This document shows positions 1-8,909 of a stretch of DNA of 64,000 bases, one piece after another (within the stretch, counting starts at the first letter, position 1; each line of letters opens with the position of its first letter). The position numbers and the translations under genes were made by a program. The stretch spans positions 586,351 to 650,350 of the forward strand of contig OZ219750.1 in assembly GCA_964291315.2 (NCBI GenBank). The letters run 5' to 3'. Source of the DNA: Candidatus Poribacteria bacterium (GTDB lineage: Bacteria > Poribacteria > WGA-4E > WGA-3G). The notes below the pieces were generated by a model. It saw only the letters and a program-made list of their open reading frames with translations. It was not told the DNA's origin and did not search any database.

Positions 1-1
1 T

Positions 2-835
2 GAAGAGGTAAAAGGCGATACCGAAGATGATGGTGAGGATGATGTTGAAGGTATCACACGCTTGGACTTCATTCCTGAGGAACCCCTTGATGAGGGAACT
101 TACACGATTGAGGTTCGCGCGACTGATACAATCGGTAACTCTGCTACGGCAAAAAGTACTTTTTCAATTGACTTCGATACTGCTGCTCCGGTTATCACAA
201 TGTCATCGCCGCAAAATGAGGCACGTCTGACCGAACGGCGCCCTCAGATTTCGATAACCTACGCTGATGCTGAATCAGGGATAGATGTCGATTCTATCCG
301 CTTTGTTCTAGATGACAAGCTGATTAATGTCAAACCGAATCAGAAGACGGCATCACAGTTGATATACACTCCAGATATCGATCTCGCTTTCGGGAAACAT
401 AGCGTCAAACTTGAGGTTTCTGACATGGCACATAAAGAGGGCAATGTCTCTGAAAAGAGCAGCGGCGCTCGTGAAGCAAACATGGCAGTCCATGAGTTTA
501 CATTCTATGTTGAGAGTGAGGAAGGTCCGGCGTTGGCCTCGCGTCCGATAAATGCACCTAACCCGTTCAGAGAGAACACGCGTATTTCCTTCACGTTGAC
601 TCGACAATCTACGGTGAGTATTGTCATTTACGATATGACGCTGCGACCTGTCCGAGTCTTGGTTGATAACGAAGTATGGGATGCAGGTGAGTACATTGGT
701 ACGAACGCAATCGGTTGGGACGGAACTAGTTCTTCTGGCGAGGATTTGGCTCGAGGTGTCTACTTCTGTCAAATTATGGTAGCGGACGGTTTTGAACCGG
801 AGTATGTACTTCTCAAACTTGCACTGACACGCTAA
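2..835 (+). CDS. C-terminal part of a large secreted protein with Ig-like domains and a FlgD-Ig/T9SS type A-like C-terminal sorting domain (5' end outside window)
   Basis: Frame is open from base 2 (EEVKGDTEDD...). Ig-like segment GTYTIEVRATDTIGN...DTAAPVI; C-terminal PNPF...ISFTL...IYD...VRVL...WDG...GVYFCQI pattern. Confidence 0.8.
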   Translation, partial: EEVKGDTEDDGEDDVEGITRLDFIPEEPLDEGTYTIEVRATDTIGNSATAKSTFSIDFDTAAPVITMSSPQNEARLTERRPQISITYADAESGIDVDSIRFVLDDKLINVKPNQKTASQLIYTPDIDLAFGKHSVKLEVSDMAHKEGNVSEKSSGAREANMAVHEFTFYVESEEGPALASRPINAPNPFRENTRISFTLTRQSTVSIVIYDMTLRPVRVLVDNEVWDAGEYIGTNAIGWDGTSSSGEDLARGVYFCQIMVADGFEPEYVLLKLALTR

Positions 836-907
836 GTAAATGGCAGTCTGCATGTCGGGAATTGGACGCTTGTCTAGTTCCCGATGTGGACACTGAAGGA
901 GGATATA

Positions 908-1906
908 ATGTTAATGACAGAACAAATCGCTAAATGGGTTTCCAAAAAGGGCCCGAAATTGTTATGCGGTTTACTACCCCTTTTCTTTTTTATCCTAGCG
1001 GTGTCACCGGCCAGTTTTGCGGGAGTGGATGCCATGCCACATCTGCGGCTTGGTGCCGGTGCACGCTCGATCGGCTTAGCTGGTGCATTCACAGCAATTG
1101 CTGATGATGCTACTGCAACCGTTTGGAACCCAGCAGGACTCGGCTCCGCAGCGGATTTAAGCCTCAACCTTTCAACACAGCAGCTTGATTTTGATAGGAA
1201 CCATAACTTCATTGCATTGACGAAAGCTCTTGGTTCATCGGGGGCCATCGGCCTCGCTGTCACAAACGCGGGTGTCAGTGGCATCCAGCAGTATGACGAA
1301 AATGAACGCTACGGTGGAGAATTCGACTACAGTGCGAATGCTTACTCTCTCTCTTATGGCATCGGGTTCGGAAATTTCGGTATCGGTCTTACAGCCCGCC
1401 TGTTAACAGACAGCTTCGGGGGATCCGATGTTGAAAATCAAAGTGGTTTTGGGGGGCTAGATGTCGGAATCATGGGACATGCCCTGCATATCGATGTCGG
1501 TGAAGAAAATGTGCCAACCTTCCACTATGGGCTTGTTGCGAAGTACCTCGGGGCCTCCCTTGGTGATGACACTGTCCCCATGGTTATTAATCTCGGCTTA
1601 GCCTACAACCTCTATATGGGTAATGTTGTCACATTTGCCGCAGATATTGAGCAAGAACTCGTAAATCTTGACCAAAGTGCCACGAGTTTGAAGCTCGGTG
1701 CTGAATATACTATTCTCACTTACAAATCTACTGCTTTATCCATCCGTGGCGGGGTCAGAGCATCGCGCGATACCCAAAACCTCTTCGGTGGTTTTGGTGT
1801 CAACATCGGTGGGCTGCAGATTGATTATGCTATCCAAGATGGTATGGCGAGTGAAATCAACGGGGTCGGATCAACTCACTTTGCTTCTCTCTCTTATAGG
1901 TATTAA
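908..1906 (+). CDS. PorV/PorQ (UPF0164)-like outer-membrane beta-barrel protein
   Basis: RBS GAAGGAGGA before ATG 908; signal peptide; motif GARSIGLAGAFTAIADDATATVWNPAGL; amphipathic beta strands ending in SLSYRY. Confidence 0.8.
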   Translation: MLMTEQIAKWVSKKGPKLLCGLLPLFFFILAVSPASFAGVDAMPHLRLGAGARSIGLAGAFTAIADDATATVWNPAGLGSAADLSLNLSTQQLDFDRNHNFIALTKALGSSGAIGLAVTNAGVSGIQQYDENERYGGEFDYSANAYSLSYGIGFGNFGIGLTARLLTDSFGGSDVENQSGFGGLDVGIMGHALHIDVGEENVPTFHYGLVAKYLGASLGDDTVPMVINLGLAYNLYMGNVVTFAADIEQELVNLDQSATSLKLGAEYTILTYKSTALSIRGGVRASRDTQNLFGGFGVNIGGLQIDYAIQDGMASEINGVGSTHFASLSYRY

Positions 1907-1918
1907 AGGAGGAAATTA

Positions 1919-2779
1919 ATGAAAATGATAAGAGGCACGCTGAAGTTAGCACTGATTCTGTACATCTGCGCAGCACTCAGTGGTGTTTATGTGTTATCCG
2001 CGTCGGCGAAAATCACGCCGCATGATGGCGATGACAATACTATGCTCATCACAATTGTAAAGGGAGACACACTTTGGGATCTCTGCCAACAACATCTCAA
2101 GGATCCACTTCGCTGGCGTGAGCTGAGTAAGTATAACGACTTCACCAACCCGCACCTCATCTATCCGGGCGAACATCTGCGAATTCCTGTCGCTATGGTG
2201 AAAGAACTCGTTGAAGTGGCTGAGGAAGATCTCGCTAGTTCCCAGGAAGAGCTTGAGAGATTAAAAGTGGAATTAGCTGAATCGGAAGCAACGCGGGATA
2301 AACTAGAATCAGAAATTAGTGGGCTCAACGAGAGTATGGGACAACTCAAGGCGCAGCTTAAGGCTCTTGAGGACAGCCTGAAATCACAAGAGCAGCTCAT
2401 CGATGCAGTTGGTCAATCGGGCGAGGTAATCGCCTTGAGCTTCAAAGAAGTCCTTACAGCAAATAAAGATGCTATCCTTGATGCGATTTCTGGTCTTGAC
2501 GAACGTCTTAAAGCATTGGGGAAAATGCATGAAAAACGGAAAATGGAAGCAGAAAAGACACTCGCACGTGTCGAGACTATCCAGACGCATGTGAAAACGC
2601 TTCTAACCTCCGTTGAAAACAACCAAAAAGCGATCAGGGAAGTCAAGATGATCCTTGAAAATGCCAAGGGTGTGCACGAGGAACTTTCCTCATCCAAACG
2701 TGGGTGGGTGTTCCTGACAACTGTCGCAGCTGGCATTGGGTTGTTTGCTATCAATGCTATCGGTGGGCGAGGCGAGTAA
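1919..2779 (+). CDS. LysM-domain, coiled-coil protein with C-terminal membrane anchor
   Basis: Signal peptide; LysM motif IVKGDTLWDL...NPHLIYPGEHLRIP; long heptad-rich region; hydrophobic C-terminus; RBS AGGAGG. Confidence 0.8.
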   Translation: MKMIRGTLKLALILYICAALSGVYVLSASAKITPHDGDDNTMLITIVKGDTLWDLCQQHLKDPLRWRELSKYNDFTNPHLIYPGEHLRIPVAMVKELVEVAEEDLASSQEELERLKVELAESEATRDKLESEISGLNESMGQLKAQLKALEDSLKSQEQLIDAVGQSGEVIALSFKEVLTANKDAILDAISGLDERLKALGKMHEKRKMEAEKTLARVETIQTHVKTLLTSVENNQKAIREVKMILENAKGVHEELSSSKRGWVFLTTVAAGIGLFAINAIGGRGE

Positions 2780-2800
2780 TCGAAACGCATCACCTTTTAG

Positions 2801-2836
2801 GCAGGGAAGGTGTTAAATCGCCTCCCTGCTTTTTTT
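2801..2836 (+). terminator. Rho-independent terminator after the LysM gene
   Basis: GCAGGG-A-AGGTG / CGCCT-CCCTGC stem followed by T7. Confidence 0.75.
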
Positions 2837-2866
2837 ATAGCGTTTGCTATTTTAAAGGCTCTGAAT

Positions 2867-3487
2867 ATGTCAGCAAATGTCTCTAAACATCCTCAACCTC
2901 CCTTTACTCAAGTAATGTCCCTCTCCGGTGATAGAGTTGGCAGTAAAGGAAGGTTCCGATTCGCTGGATTCGCGTGGATATCTGATGCAAAAGTCATCTT
3001 TGTCCAAGGCGATATGCAAAATTTGGAAACACCTCCGGAGTGGCGGCAGCTGTTACGTCTGATTAACCTCGCGCATCGTCTCAGAAGATCTATCGTTTTG
3101 TGGAATCTTCCTATTATCCATATCGCTACAAAACAGCGTAGAATGTCGTTAGCCAAGGCACAGGTGATTCAGAGGGTCGAATTGGCGCTACTAAAACTAC
3201 CACACCCTATTATCGCAGTTTTTGACGAAACTTGCGATGGTGTTTATCCGCTTTCCGAAGCCTGCTGGAACGATGGTATTGTACTTGTGTCGTCCTTAGG
3301 TGCTCAACTTTCTGAATCTGGTAAGGTCAAAATGGCTCGACATCCAGCAGAAATTGCACCCGCGATTGTCTATCTTCTCTGTCAAGCAGCAGCTATTCCA
3401 GCTGCGGAATTAATTGAAGATCGAAGCGCGTCTCTGCATATGTTTGTTAAAAGCAGAACAGCGTTTTCGTCAGAATTGCTATCCTAG
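2867..3487 (+). CDS. Highly diverged acetyl-CoA carboxylase carboxyltransferase alpha (AccA)-like protein
   Basis: LSGDR...FAGFAWI, PPEWRQLLRLINLAHRLRRSIV and LLKLPHPIIAV are collinear with AccA motifs LHGDR..GGLAR, PEGYRKALRLMKLAEKF..PI and MARLKVPII. Start moved to ATG 2867, downstream of the terminator. Confidence 0.55.
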   Translation: MSANVSKHPQPPFTQVMSLSGDRVGSKGRFRFAGFAWISDAKVIFVQGDMQNLETPPEWRQLLRLINLAHRLRRSIVLWNLPIIHIATKQRRMSLAKAQVIQRVELALLKLPHPIIAVFDETCDGVYPLSEACWNDGIVLVSSLGAQLSESGKVKMARHPAEIAPAIVYLLCQAAAIPAAELIEDRSASLHMFVKSRTAFSSELLS

Positions 3488-3500
3488 TGAGGCACTTTTG

Positions 3501-4124
3501 ATGTTCGAAGCAAAATTAAAACCACACTTTGACGTTATTCTGTCTGTTGTCGCAAATAAGATGGTCGCACTCGGAATTACAGCAAATATGGTGACGCTTT
3601 TTGGATTCGTCGTCAATCTCATTGCCACTTTTTACGTAGCAACCGGACATCTCGCTATAGGTGGGATTTTAATTTTATTTGGAGGCAGTTTTGATATGAT
3701 AGATGGCGCGGTTGCTCGTGCCCAAATAAATCTCCGAGCCTCAGGTGCACTCTTGGATTCCGTCATTGATCGTTATTCCGAAGGTTTTCTCTTTCTTAGT
3801 GTCCTTCTCTATTTTTATAGTTTGGGAAGTTTGATTGGAATAATTCTTGCCTTTGGTGCCTGGTTTGGTTCAATCCTGGTAAGTTATGTGAGGGCGAGAT
3901 CTGAGGGACTTCAGATTACTTGTAAGGTTGGGCTTATGCAACGTCCAGAGCGTATCGTCTTACTTGGTGCTGGCACACTGCTCCAAGGACTGTTGTGGCA
4001 CAAATTTCCAATCATTCAAACCAACGCTCTGATTCTACTCTGTGTGCTTGCGGTACTTACACTCACAACCCATATTACTGCACTTCATCGACTCGTTTTC
4101 TCGTATCAAGAATTGAACCGCTAA
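3501..4124 (+). CDS. CDP-alcohol phosphatidyltransferase, phosphatidylinositol-phosphate-synthase-like subfamily
   Basis: DMIDGAVAR...GALLDSVIDR signature; SYVRARSE and GLMQRPER motifs. Confidence 0.85.
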   Translation: MFEAKLKPHFDVILSVVANKMVALGITANMVTLFGFVVNLIATFYVATGHLAIGGILILFGGSFDMIDGAVARAQINLRASGALLDSVIDRYSEGFLFLSVLLYFYSLGSLIGIILAFGAWFGSILVSYVRARSEGLQITCKVGLMQRPERIVLLGAGTLLQGLLWHKFPIIQTNALILLCVLAVLTLTTHITALHRLVFSYQELNR

Positions 4125-4891
4125 TCTCCTCCTCCGCTCTGCCAAAGGAGGCGAGTCGCAAAAGCGATTACAGCGGCAATGAGCATCACTTTTATCCATT
4201 TTTCCCCTTTTGAGACCGCCCAATGACTTCCGAGCCATGCCCCGCTTGCATTACCAACTGCCAGTGTCGGCCCTAAATACCAATTGATTTTGCCTTGTGA
4301 AATAAAAATACCAAGGGCAATTACGGTATAAAAGAAGATAACGAAAACTTTAATGGCATTCGTCCGGACTAAATCCATACCGGTGAAAAGGCGCAAAGCA
4401 GTTATAATAAGCAAACCAACACCAGCTTGGATGAATCCACCATAAATTCCGATAAAGAAAAAAACGATCATTACGATAATTTTAGAATTCTTGCTTCTGT
4501 TTTCAATCCTGTCTTTCAAGCGCTCCGTTGGATTAAGTAGTGTTAGGATCAGCATAACAAGCATCACGACAGCGAGGATTAGGTTGAATACCGAGTCCTT
4601 GATATCGATGGCTATTATAGCACCTATTATAGCACCGATAACCGCTGGTATGGCGAGGAAAATGCTGTAGTTAAAATCAGATATCCCCTTACGGCGGAAT
4701 CCCATGATGGCACTGAAGTTTTGAAAAAAAATAGCGATCCTATTCGTTCCGTTTGCGACCGCAGCCTCGAGCCCTAGGAAGATTAGCATAGGTAGGGCTA
4801 ACAATGAACCGCCGAAGGCAACCGTGTTTAAGAAACCTGCAGCAATGCCCGTGCCAAAGAGTAAGAGGGCGTGAAGAAAGTTGAATTCCAC
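4121..4891 (-). CDS. Sulfite exporter TauE/SafE family membrane protein
   Basis: AGFLNTVAFGGSLLALP...ANGTNR; GIYGGFIQAGVG; about 8 transmembrane segments. Confidence 0.85.
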   Translation of the reverse strand: MEFNFLHALLLFGTGIAAGFLNTVAFGGSLLALPMLIFLGLEAAVANGTNRIAIFFQNFSAIMGFRRKGISDFNYSIFLAIPAVIGAIIGAIIAIDIKDSVFNLILAVVMLVMLILTLLNPTERLKDRIENRSKNSKIIVMIVFFFIGIYGGFIQAGVGLLIITALRLFTGMDLVRTNAIKVFVIFFYTVIALGIFISQGKINWYLGPTLAVGNASGAWLGSHWAVSKGEKWIKVMLIAAVIAFATRLLWQSGGGD

Positions 4892-5034
4892 TTTAAACTT
4901 TTATTATCTCCGTTTTTTACTAGCTTCCCACTTCCGGCCTGTAATGACTGTCGGCTTTCAGTTTTTGAATATCAGGGGCGCTGCAATCGCAAACGTTTTG
5001 TCTGCCACAAACTGATCTTGTTGACTACTGATAG

Positions 5035-5289
5035 CTATTTTGTTGACCTCCATTTCGCAATTCCAATCAAGATAAGGGCGACAAGGTTTCCTACAATGAT
5101 CGCGCTTCCGAGCCCTACCATACCTAAGAAACCACAAATCTGAATTAGTCCGTTTCCAAATGGGCATTGCCAGTTATTTACGAAGATCGCACGGGCAGAA
5201 ATTAGCACGCCGATTATAAAGCCGATACCGGCAGCTACAGCGGAAATCATCTGTATTTTTTTTAAACCAGGAAGCTGTATTTCAAACAT
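5035..5289 (-). CDS. Small hypothetical membrane protein (2 TM)
   Basis: MFEIQLPG... with two hydrophobic helices; start trimmed to the ATG downstream of the metE-like stop. Confidence 0.55.
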   Translation of the reverse strand: MFEIQLPGLKKIQMISAVAAGIGFIIGVLISARAIFVNNWQCPFGNGLIQICGFLGMVGLGSAIIVGNLVALILIGIAKWRSTK

Positions 5290-5306
5290 AGAGGTTCCTT
5301 GCTTGT

Positions 5307-6326
5307 CTATGCTGTGCCGAGGTACCGATCTCGGCCTTGCACTAGAGCTTCTATTTTCCTGTCCACTACAGAGCGTTGGAGCATCCAAAAGCCGCAGTCC
5401 GGATGCACCCAACCAATCCGTCCTCCTCCCAACTTCTGTTCTGCTTTTTCTATGCTGACTGCTACATCATCAGGTGTCTCAATTGGATTAACTTTTACGT
5501 CAATCACCCCAATACCAAGAACGATGTCTGACGAGACTGCTTTGAGTGCTTCTAAGTCTGCCTCGGGACGGTGTTTGATCTCTAAAACAAGGTGGTTACA
5601 TCGAAGCATGTTTAAGAAGTCTATGAGAGCAGCCCAGTTCCCTTTCTGGATGACCTGTCCTCCGTAGTTGCCGAAGCAAAAATGAACTGCCTTTTCCCCG
5701 TTAAACGCGTCTAAGACAATATTAATCGCCTCAGCGGCGCGAGGTCCGTCTTCTGGGTTCCCCGGTATATTTGCTTCGTCTATTTGAAGGCACACACAGT
5801 CCAGCTCGCGCACTTGTGCAGCTAATGCTTGTGCCAAGTCCGTTAGCAGTGCATCAAAGTTGCCGTAATGCTTATCTAGTAGTGTCCGAGCAAGCATGTA
5901 GGGACTTGTTACTGTAAATTTGATATCTTTACCGGCAACACTTACAGCTCGCTCACAGTCAGAAACAAGGTTTAATGTACCTTCGCCTAACGCACCTTCA
6001 ACGATGCCTGCGGGCTTTGCACGAAACGACATCGTTTGCATCTGTCTGAATTCATACCATTCTTGTCGTCCGACTTCTGTTCTAACACCAGAAAGTGGTC
6101 GAATGAAATAGTCGATCATTCCGTTGGTGTTTGGATGGTTGGCATCAAACCGATAGAGTTCGCCGTCGGTCGGTAGTTCAATGCCGTGTTGTCGTTGCGT
6201 ATCTACAACAACTCGGGTGGCATCAAGAAGGGTTTGCTCCGTTGGTATTGATGAGAGCCACATTGGCACCGGATAGGAGCCGACAGTTGTTGTCAAAATT
6301 TCTGGTTTTTTGGATATATTTTTCAC
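5307..6326 (-). CDS. Cobalamin-independent methionine synthase II family protein (catalytic barrel only)
   Basis: TTVGSYP, TDGE, QIDE, zinc ligands HFCFGN, E and PDCG. Confidence 0.85.
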   Translation of the reverse strand: MKNISKKPEILTTTVGSYPVPMWLSSIPTEQTLLDATRVVVDTQRQHGIELPTDGELYRFDANHPNTNGMIDYFIRPLSGVRTEVGRQEWYEFRQMQTMSFRAKPAGIVEGALGEGTLNLVSDCERAVSVAGKDIKFTVTSPYMLARTLLDKHYGNFDALLTDLAQALAAQVRELDCVCLQIDEANIPGNPEDGPRAAEAINIVLDAFNGEKAVHFCFGNYGGQVIQKGNWAALIDFLNMLRCNHLVLEIKHRPEADLEALKAVSSDIVLGIGVIDVKVNPIETPDDVAVSIEKAEQKLGGGRIGWVHPDCGFWMLQRSVVDRKIEALVQGRDRYLGTA

Positions 6327-6334
6327 GGATTAAC

Positions 6335-7345
6335 TTAGTTGTCCACCAGCTCAAAAGATTCGAGTTCAAAAACAGTTTCTACTGTGACATCGTCTCGCGT
6401 CTGTGCCTGTGTAAATCTAATGATACCGACATCTGGCGCGACCCATTTTTTCACGACGGTAATATCAAGCGGGAAATTTTGGTTTTCTATATCAAATCCC
6501 CATCTAAAAGACTCTTGAATTTGAAAGACATGATCAAAAGTTCCGGCGGGGACAGTCGCTGTCTCTTCTGAAAGCACTTCAAATTCGTCAATACCTTCAC
6601 CAATCGGAAAGAGTTCCGGGACTAATTGTGCCTGAAATTTGACTTGCCATTTATCACCTGGAATGAGTGGAAATTGATAAAGTGGAAGGAACGGGACGAA
6701 TAGGATTGTATCACTCGTTCCTGATGTGGTATTCTGTGCGTGTTGTAAGATCTGTGAGATCTCACCGTTTTCATCAACCTTCGTACCGAGGTAAGAGTAG
6801 TTTACAACGTTTTCTAATCCTTCAGCCTTACTAGATTTCTGAAGGACGAAACTGTCAATAGTGTTTCCGCTCGCGCGTTGAATCTGGATGGTGTCCACGA
6901 TTTCAAACGTAATTTCATTACCACTTGCGTCTTTATAGTGCCAAACATTTCCGACTGCCAAGGGATAATAGTCTCCAGGGCGTGTTCTCCACACTTGGAT
7001 ATCAAGTGTACTCTTTGTAGTGTTTTCACCATCTGTGACTGTAACTGCAATCTGGTATTTTCGTTCGGTTTGTGGTGCCTGCCAGAGGGCACCAGAGGCG
7101 TTTTCCGTTAATTCTCCGTCTGTGGTAGACCAAGTATATGATAAAGTATCATTCTCAAGATCAGCGGCTTTCAGATGGATTTGCACTTCTGTTCCAGGTG
7201 CAACGACATCTGCTTCAGATTCAAATGTTAAAATGCTCGGTGCGCGGTTGCTGTCACTCGGGGTCCCTTCACCGCAGCCCGCGACGACACTAATGAGCAA
7301 AACCCAAAGGATTTTCCAAGCGTTGGTTGCTTTTTTGCTCAGCAT
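6335..7345 (-). CDS. Hypothetical lipoprotein with an Ig/PKD-like N-terminal domain
   Basis: Lipobox VAGC; NRAPSI...AADLENDTLSYTW; YYPLAVGNVWHY; TVPAGTF; WVAPDVGII. Confidence 0.7.
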   Translation of the reverse strand: MLSKKATNAWKILWVLLISVVAGCGEGTPSDSNRAPSILTFESEADVVAPGTEVQIHLKAADLENDTLSYTWSTTDGELTENASGALWQAPQTERKYQIAVTVTDGENTTKSTLDIQVWRTRPGDYYPLAVGNVWHYKDASGNEITFEIVDTIQIQRASGNTIDSFVLQKSSKAEGLENVVNYSYLGTKVDENGEISQILQHAQNTTSGTSDTILFVPFLPLYQFPLIPGDKWQVKFQAQLVPELFPIGEGIDEFEVLSEETATVPAGTFDHVFQIQESFRWGFDIENQNFPLDITVVKKWVAPDVGIIRFTQAQTRDDVTVETVFELESFELVDN

Positions 7346-7418
7346 TGTATTTCACCCCATATATGCGCCTTTGCCACACAATACCCATAAGCTCCGGTGC
7401 TAGGTTCGCTGGGAAGTA

Positions 7419-7442
7419 TCTTGGTCAGGCAAGATACTCGCT
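7419..7442. terminator. Hairpin immediately downstream of the PhyH gene (probable terminator)
   Basis: AGTATCTTG-GTCAGG-CAAGATACT perfect 9-bp stem; coordinates approximate. Confidence 0.4.
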
Positions 7443-7446
7443 TTTC

Positions 7447-8190
7447 TCATGAGCGCAAAGGTTTTCCACGTAAGACTTCTCTGCATTGGGTTTCACCGTT
7501 TCCTGTTATATTGTAAGCAAAAGTGTTCATCAATCGATCGTTTTCTGAGTTGTTTGGGGCAGAACCGTGGATAATGAGGGCATTAAAAAACACACCATCC
7601 CCTGGTTCCATTTCCACAGCAACGGCATCTTCACGTTCTTGGTAGTGCCCGGGTAAAAATACCCCAAATGTTTGCTGTTTCTGTTCATGCTCTTGTAGCC
7701 CCCAATTATGGCTTCCAGGCACGAACTGTATACACCCGTTCTCAAGATTCGCTTTGCTTATGGCTAATTGACAGTTGATCATCACCGGTTTGTTATTATC
7801 ATTTTTCCAGTACGCGTAATCCTGATGCCATGGAATAGCGGTACCATCGCCGCCTGCTTTTGGCAGCAATTTGCTGTGATAGAGTGAAATGTTTCCGCCC
7901 ATTAATGCTTCTAATATATTCAAAACTTCATTAGATCGGAGCAGACGATTGAGTGTTCGACTCACTAGTTCACTATGCATTAACTGCTTGATACGCGGTG
8001 GGTGATTCTCTGAGTCGTTGTAGACTTCCCAAGAAATTCCAACCCCCTCTGCAGGGTGTTCAGCCATACGATTGTGTATATCTTCAATCTCGACCCGGAT
8101 TCGCGAGAGGTCTTCTGAAGAAACAAGTCTTTTTTTTAAGAAATAACCGTTTGTTTCATAGAATTTCAATTCTTGATGCGTAAGTCCCAT
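7447..8190 (-). CDS. Phytanoyl-CoA dioxygenase (PhyH) family Fe(II)/2OG oxygenase
   Basis: WHQD, ENGCIQFVPGSH, HGSAPNNSENDR. Confidence 0.9.
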   Translation of the reverse strand: MGLTHQELKFYETNGYFLKKRLVSSEDLSRIRVEIEDIHNRMAEHPAEGVGISWEVYNDSENHPPRIKQLMHSELVSRTLNRLLRSNEVLNILEALMGGNISLYHSKLLPKAGGDGTAIPWHQDYAYWKNDNNKPVMINCQLAISKANLENGCIQFVPGSHNWGLQEHEQKQQTFGVFLPGHYQEREDAVAVEMEPGDGVFFNALIIHGSAPNNSENDRLMNTFAYNITGNGETQCREVLRGKPLRS

Positions 8191-8536
8191 ACAATTTCTC
8201 CTTATCCTATTGAGTGGAACATCGGTCGCATTTCTAGTTGTACACTTGATTCGTAAAGTGCTACCGACTCCTCCTCAAAGATTATACAATTTTAAAGTAT
8301 ACATCAAACCTTCAGAAAAATCAAAGTATTTTCGAGTAAACTGTGTCTTTAACCACATCATCTCGAAAAATGGTTTACTTTCTTTCTAACTCCTGCTAAA
8401 ATAGGAATAGGTTGGATTTGTGTTCTTTTAGTTGATTTCTAGGTGTAAGCATCTGCTTGCCCCTGTTTCGAGTGCCGTTTTGCGCCACGTTCCAAGTTCT
8501 TCTGAGTGAATGCTGGGAAAGGGAGTTAAAATTGCT

Positions 8537-8881
8537 ATGAACTATACACTTGAAAATTGCCAAAAACTTGTAGATGACTGGATACATACTTTTGGAGTCC
8601 GCTATTTTTCAGAGTTAACCAATACCGCTATCCTCATGGAAGAAGTAGGAGAATTGGCACGGATTATGGCGCGTCAATACGGTGAACAGAGTTTCAAAAA
8701 GAACGAGAAAGACTTGGATCTCGGTGAAGAGATGGCGGATATTCTTTTTGTACTGATTTGTCTTGCAAATCAAGCAGGCGTTGAACTTGAGGTGGCATTC
8801 AAAAAGTCTATGGAAAAGAAGACACGCCGCGATAAAGAACGACACAACGAAAACTCCAAACTATTGGAAAAAACAGTGTAG
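8537..8881 (+). CDS. MazG-like nucleotide pyrophosphohydrolase (YpjD-like)
   Basis: LMEEVGELAR...GEQSFK...LGEEMADILFVLICLANQ. Confidence 0.9.
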   Translation: MNYTLENCQKLVDDWIHTFGVRYFSELTNTAILMEEVGELARIMARQYGEQSFKKNEKDLDLGEEMADILFVLICLANQAGVELEVAFKKSMEKKTRRDKERHNENSKLLEKTV

Positions 8882-8909
8882 TCTCATGGCCTGCTCAAGG
8901 AGATCGACA

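Noticed and set aside
7385-7445. Cobalamin riboswitch (GGTGC...GGGAA) near the metE-like gene
   Set aside because: Wrong strand for those genes, too short, and no B12 box.
8396-8587. Short minus-strand ORF or remnant upstream of the MazG-like gene
   Set aside because: No convincing motif or RBS, and it overlaps the MazG-like gene start.
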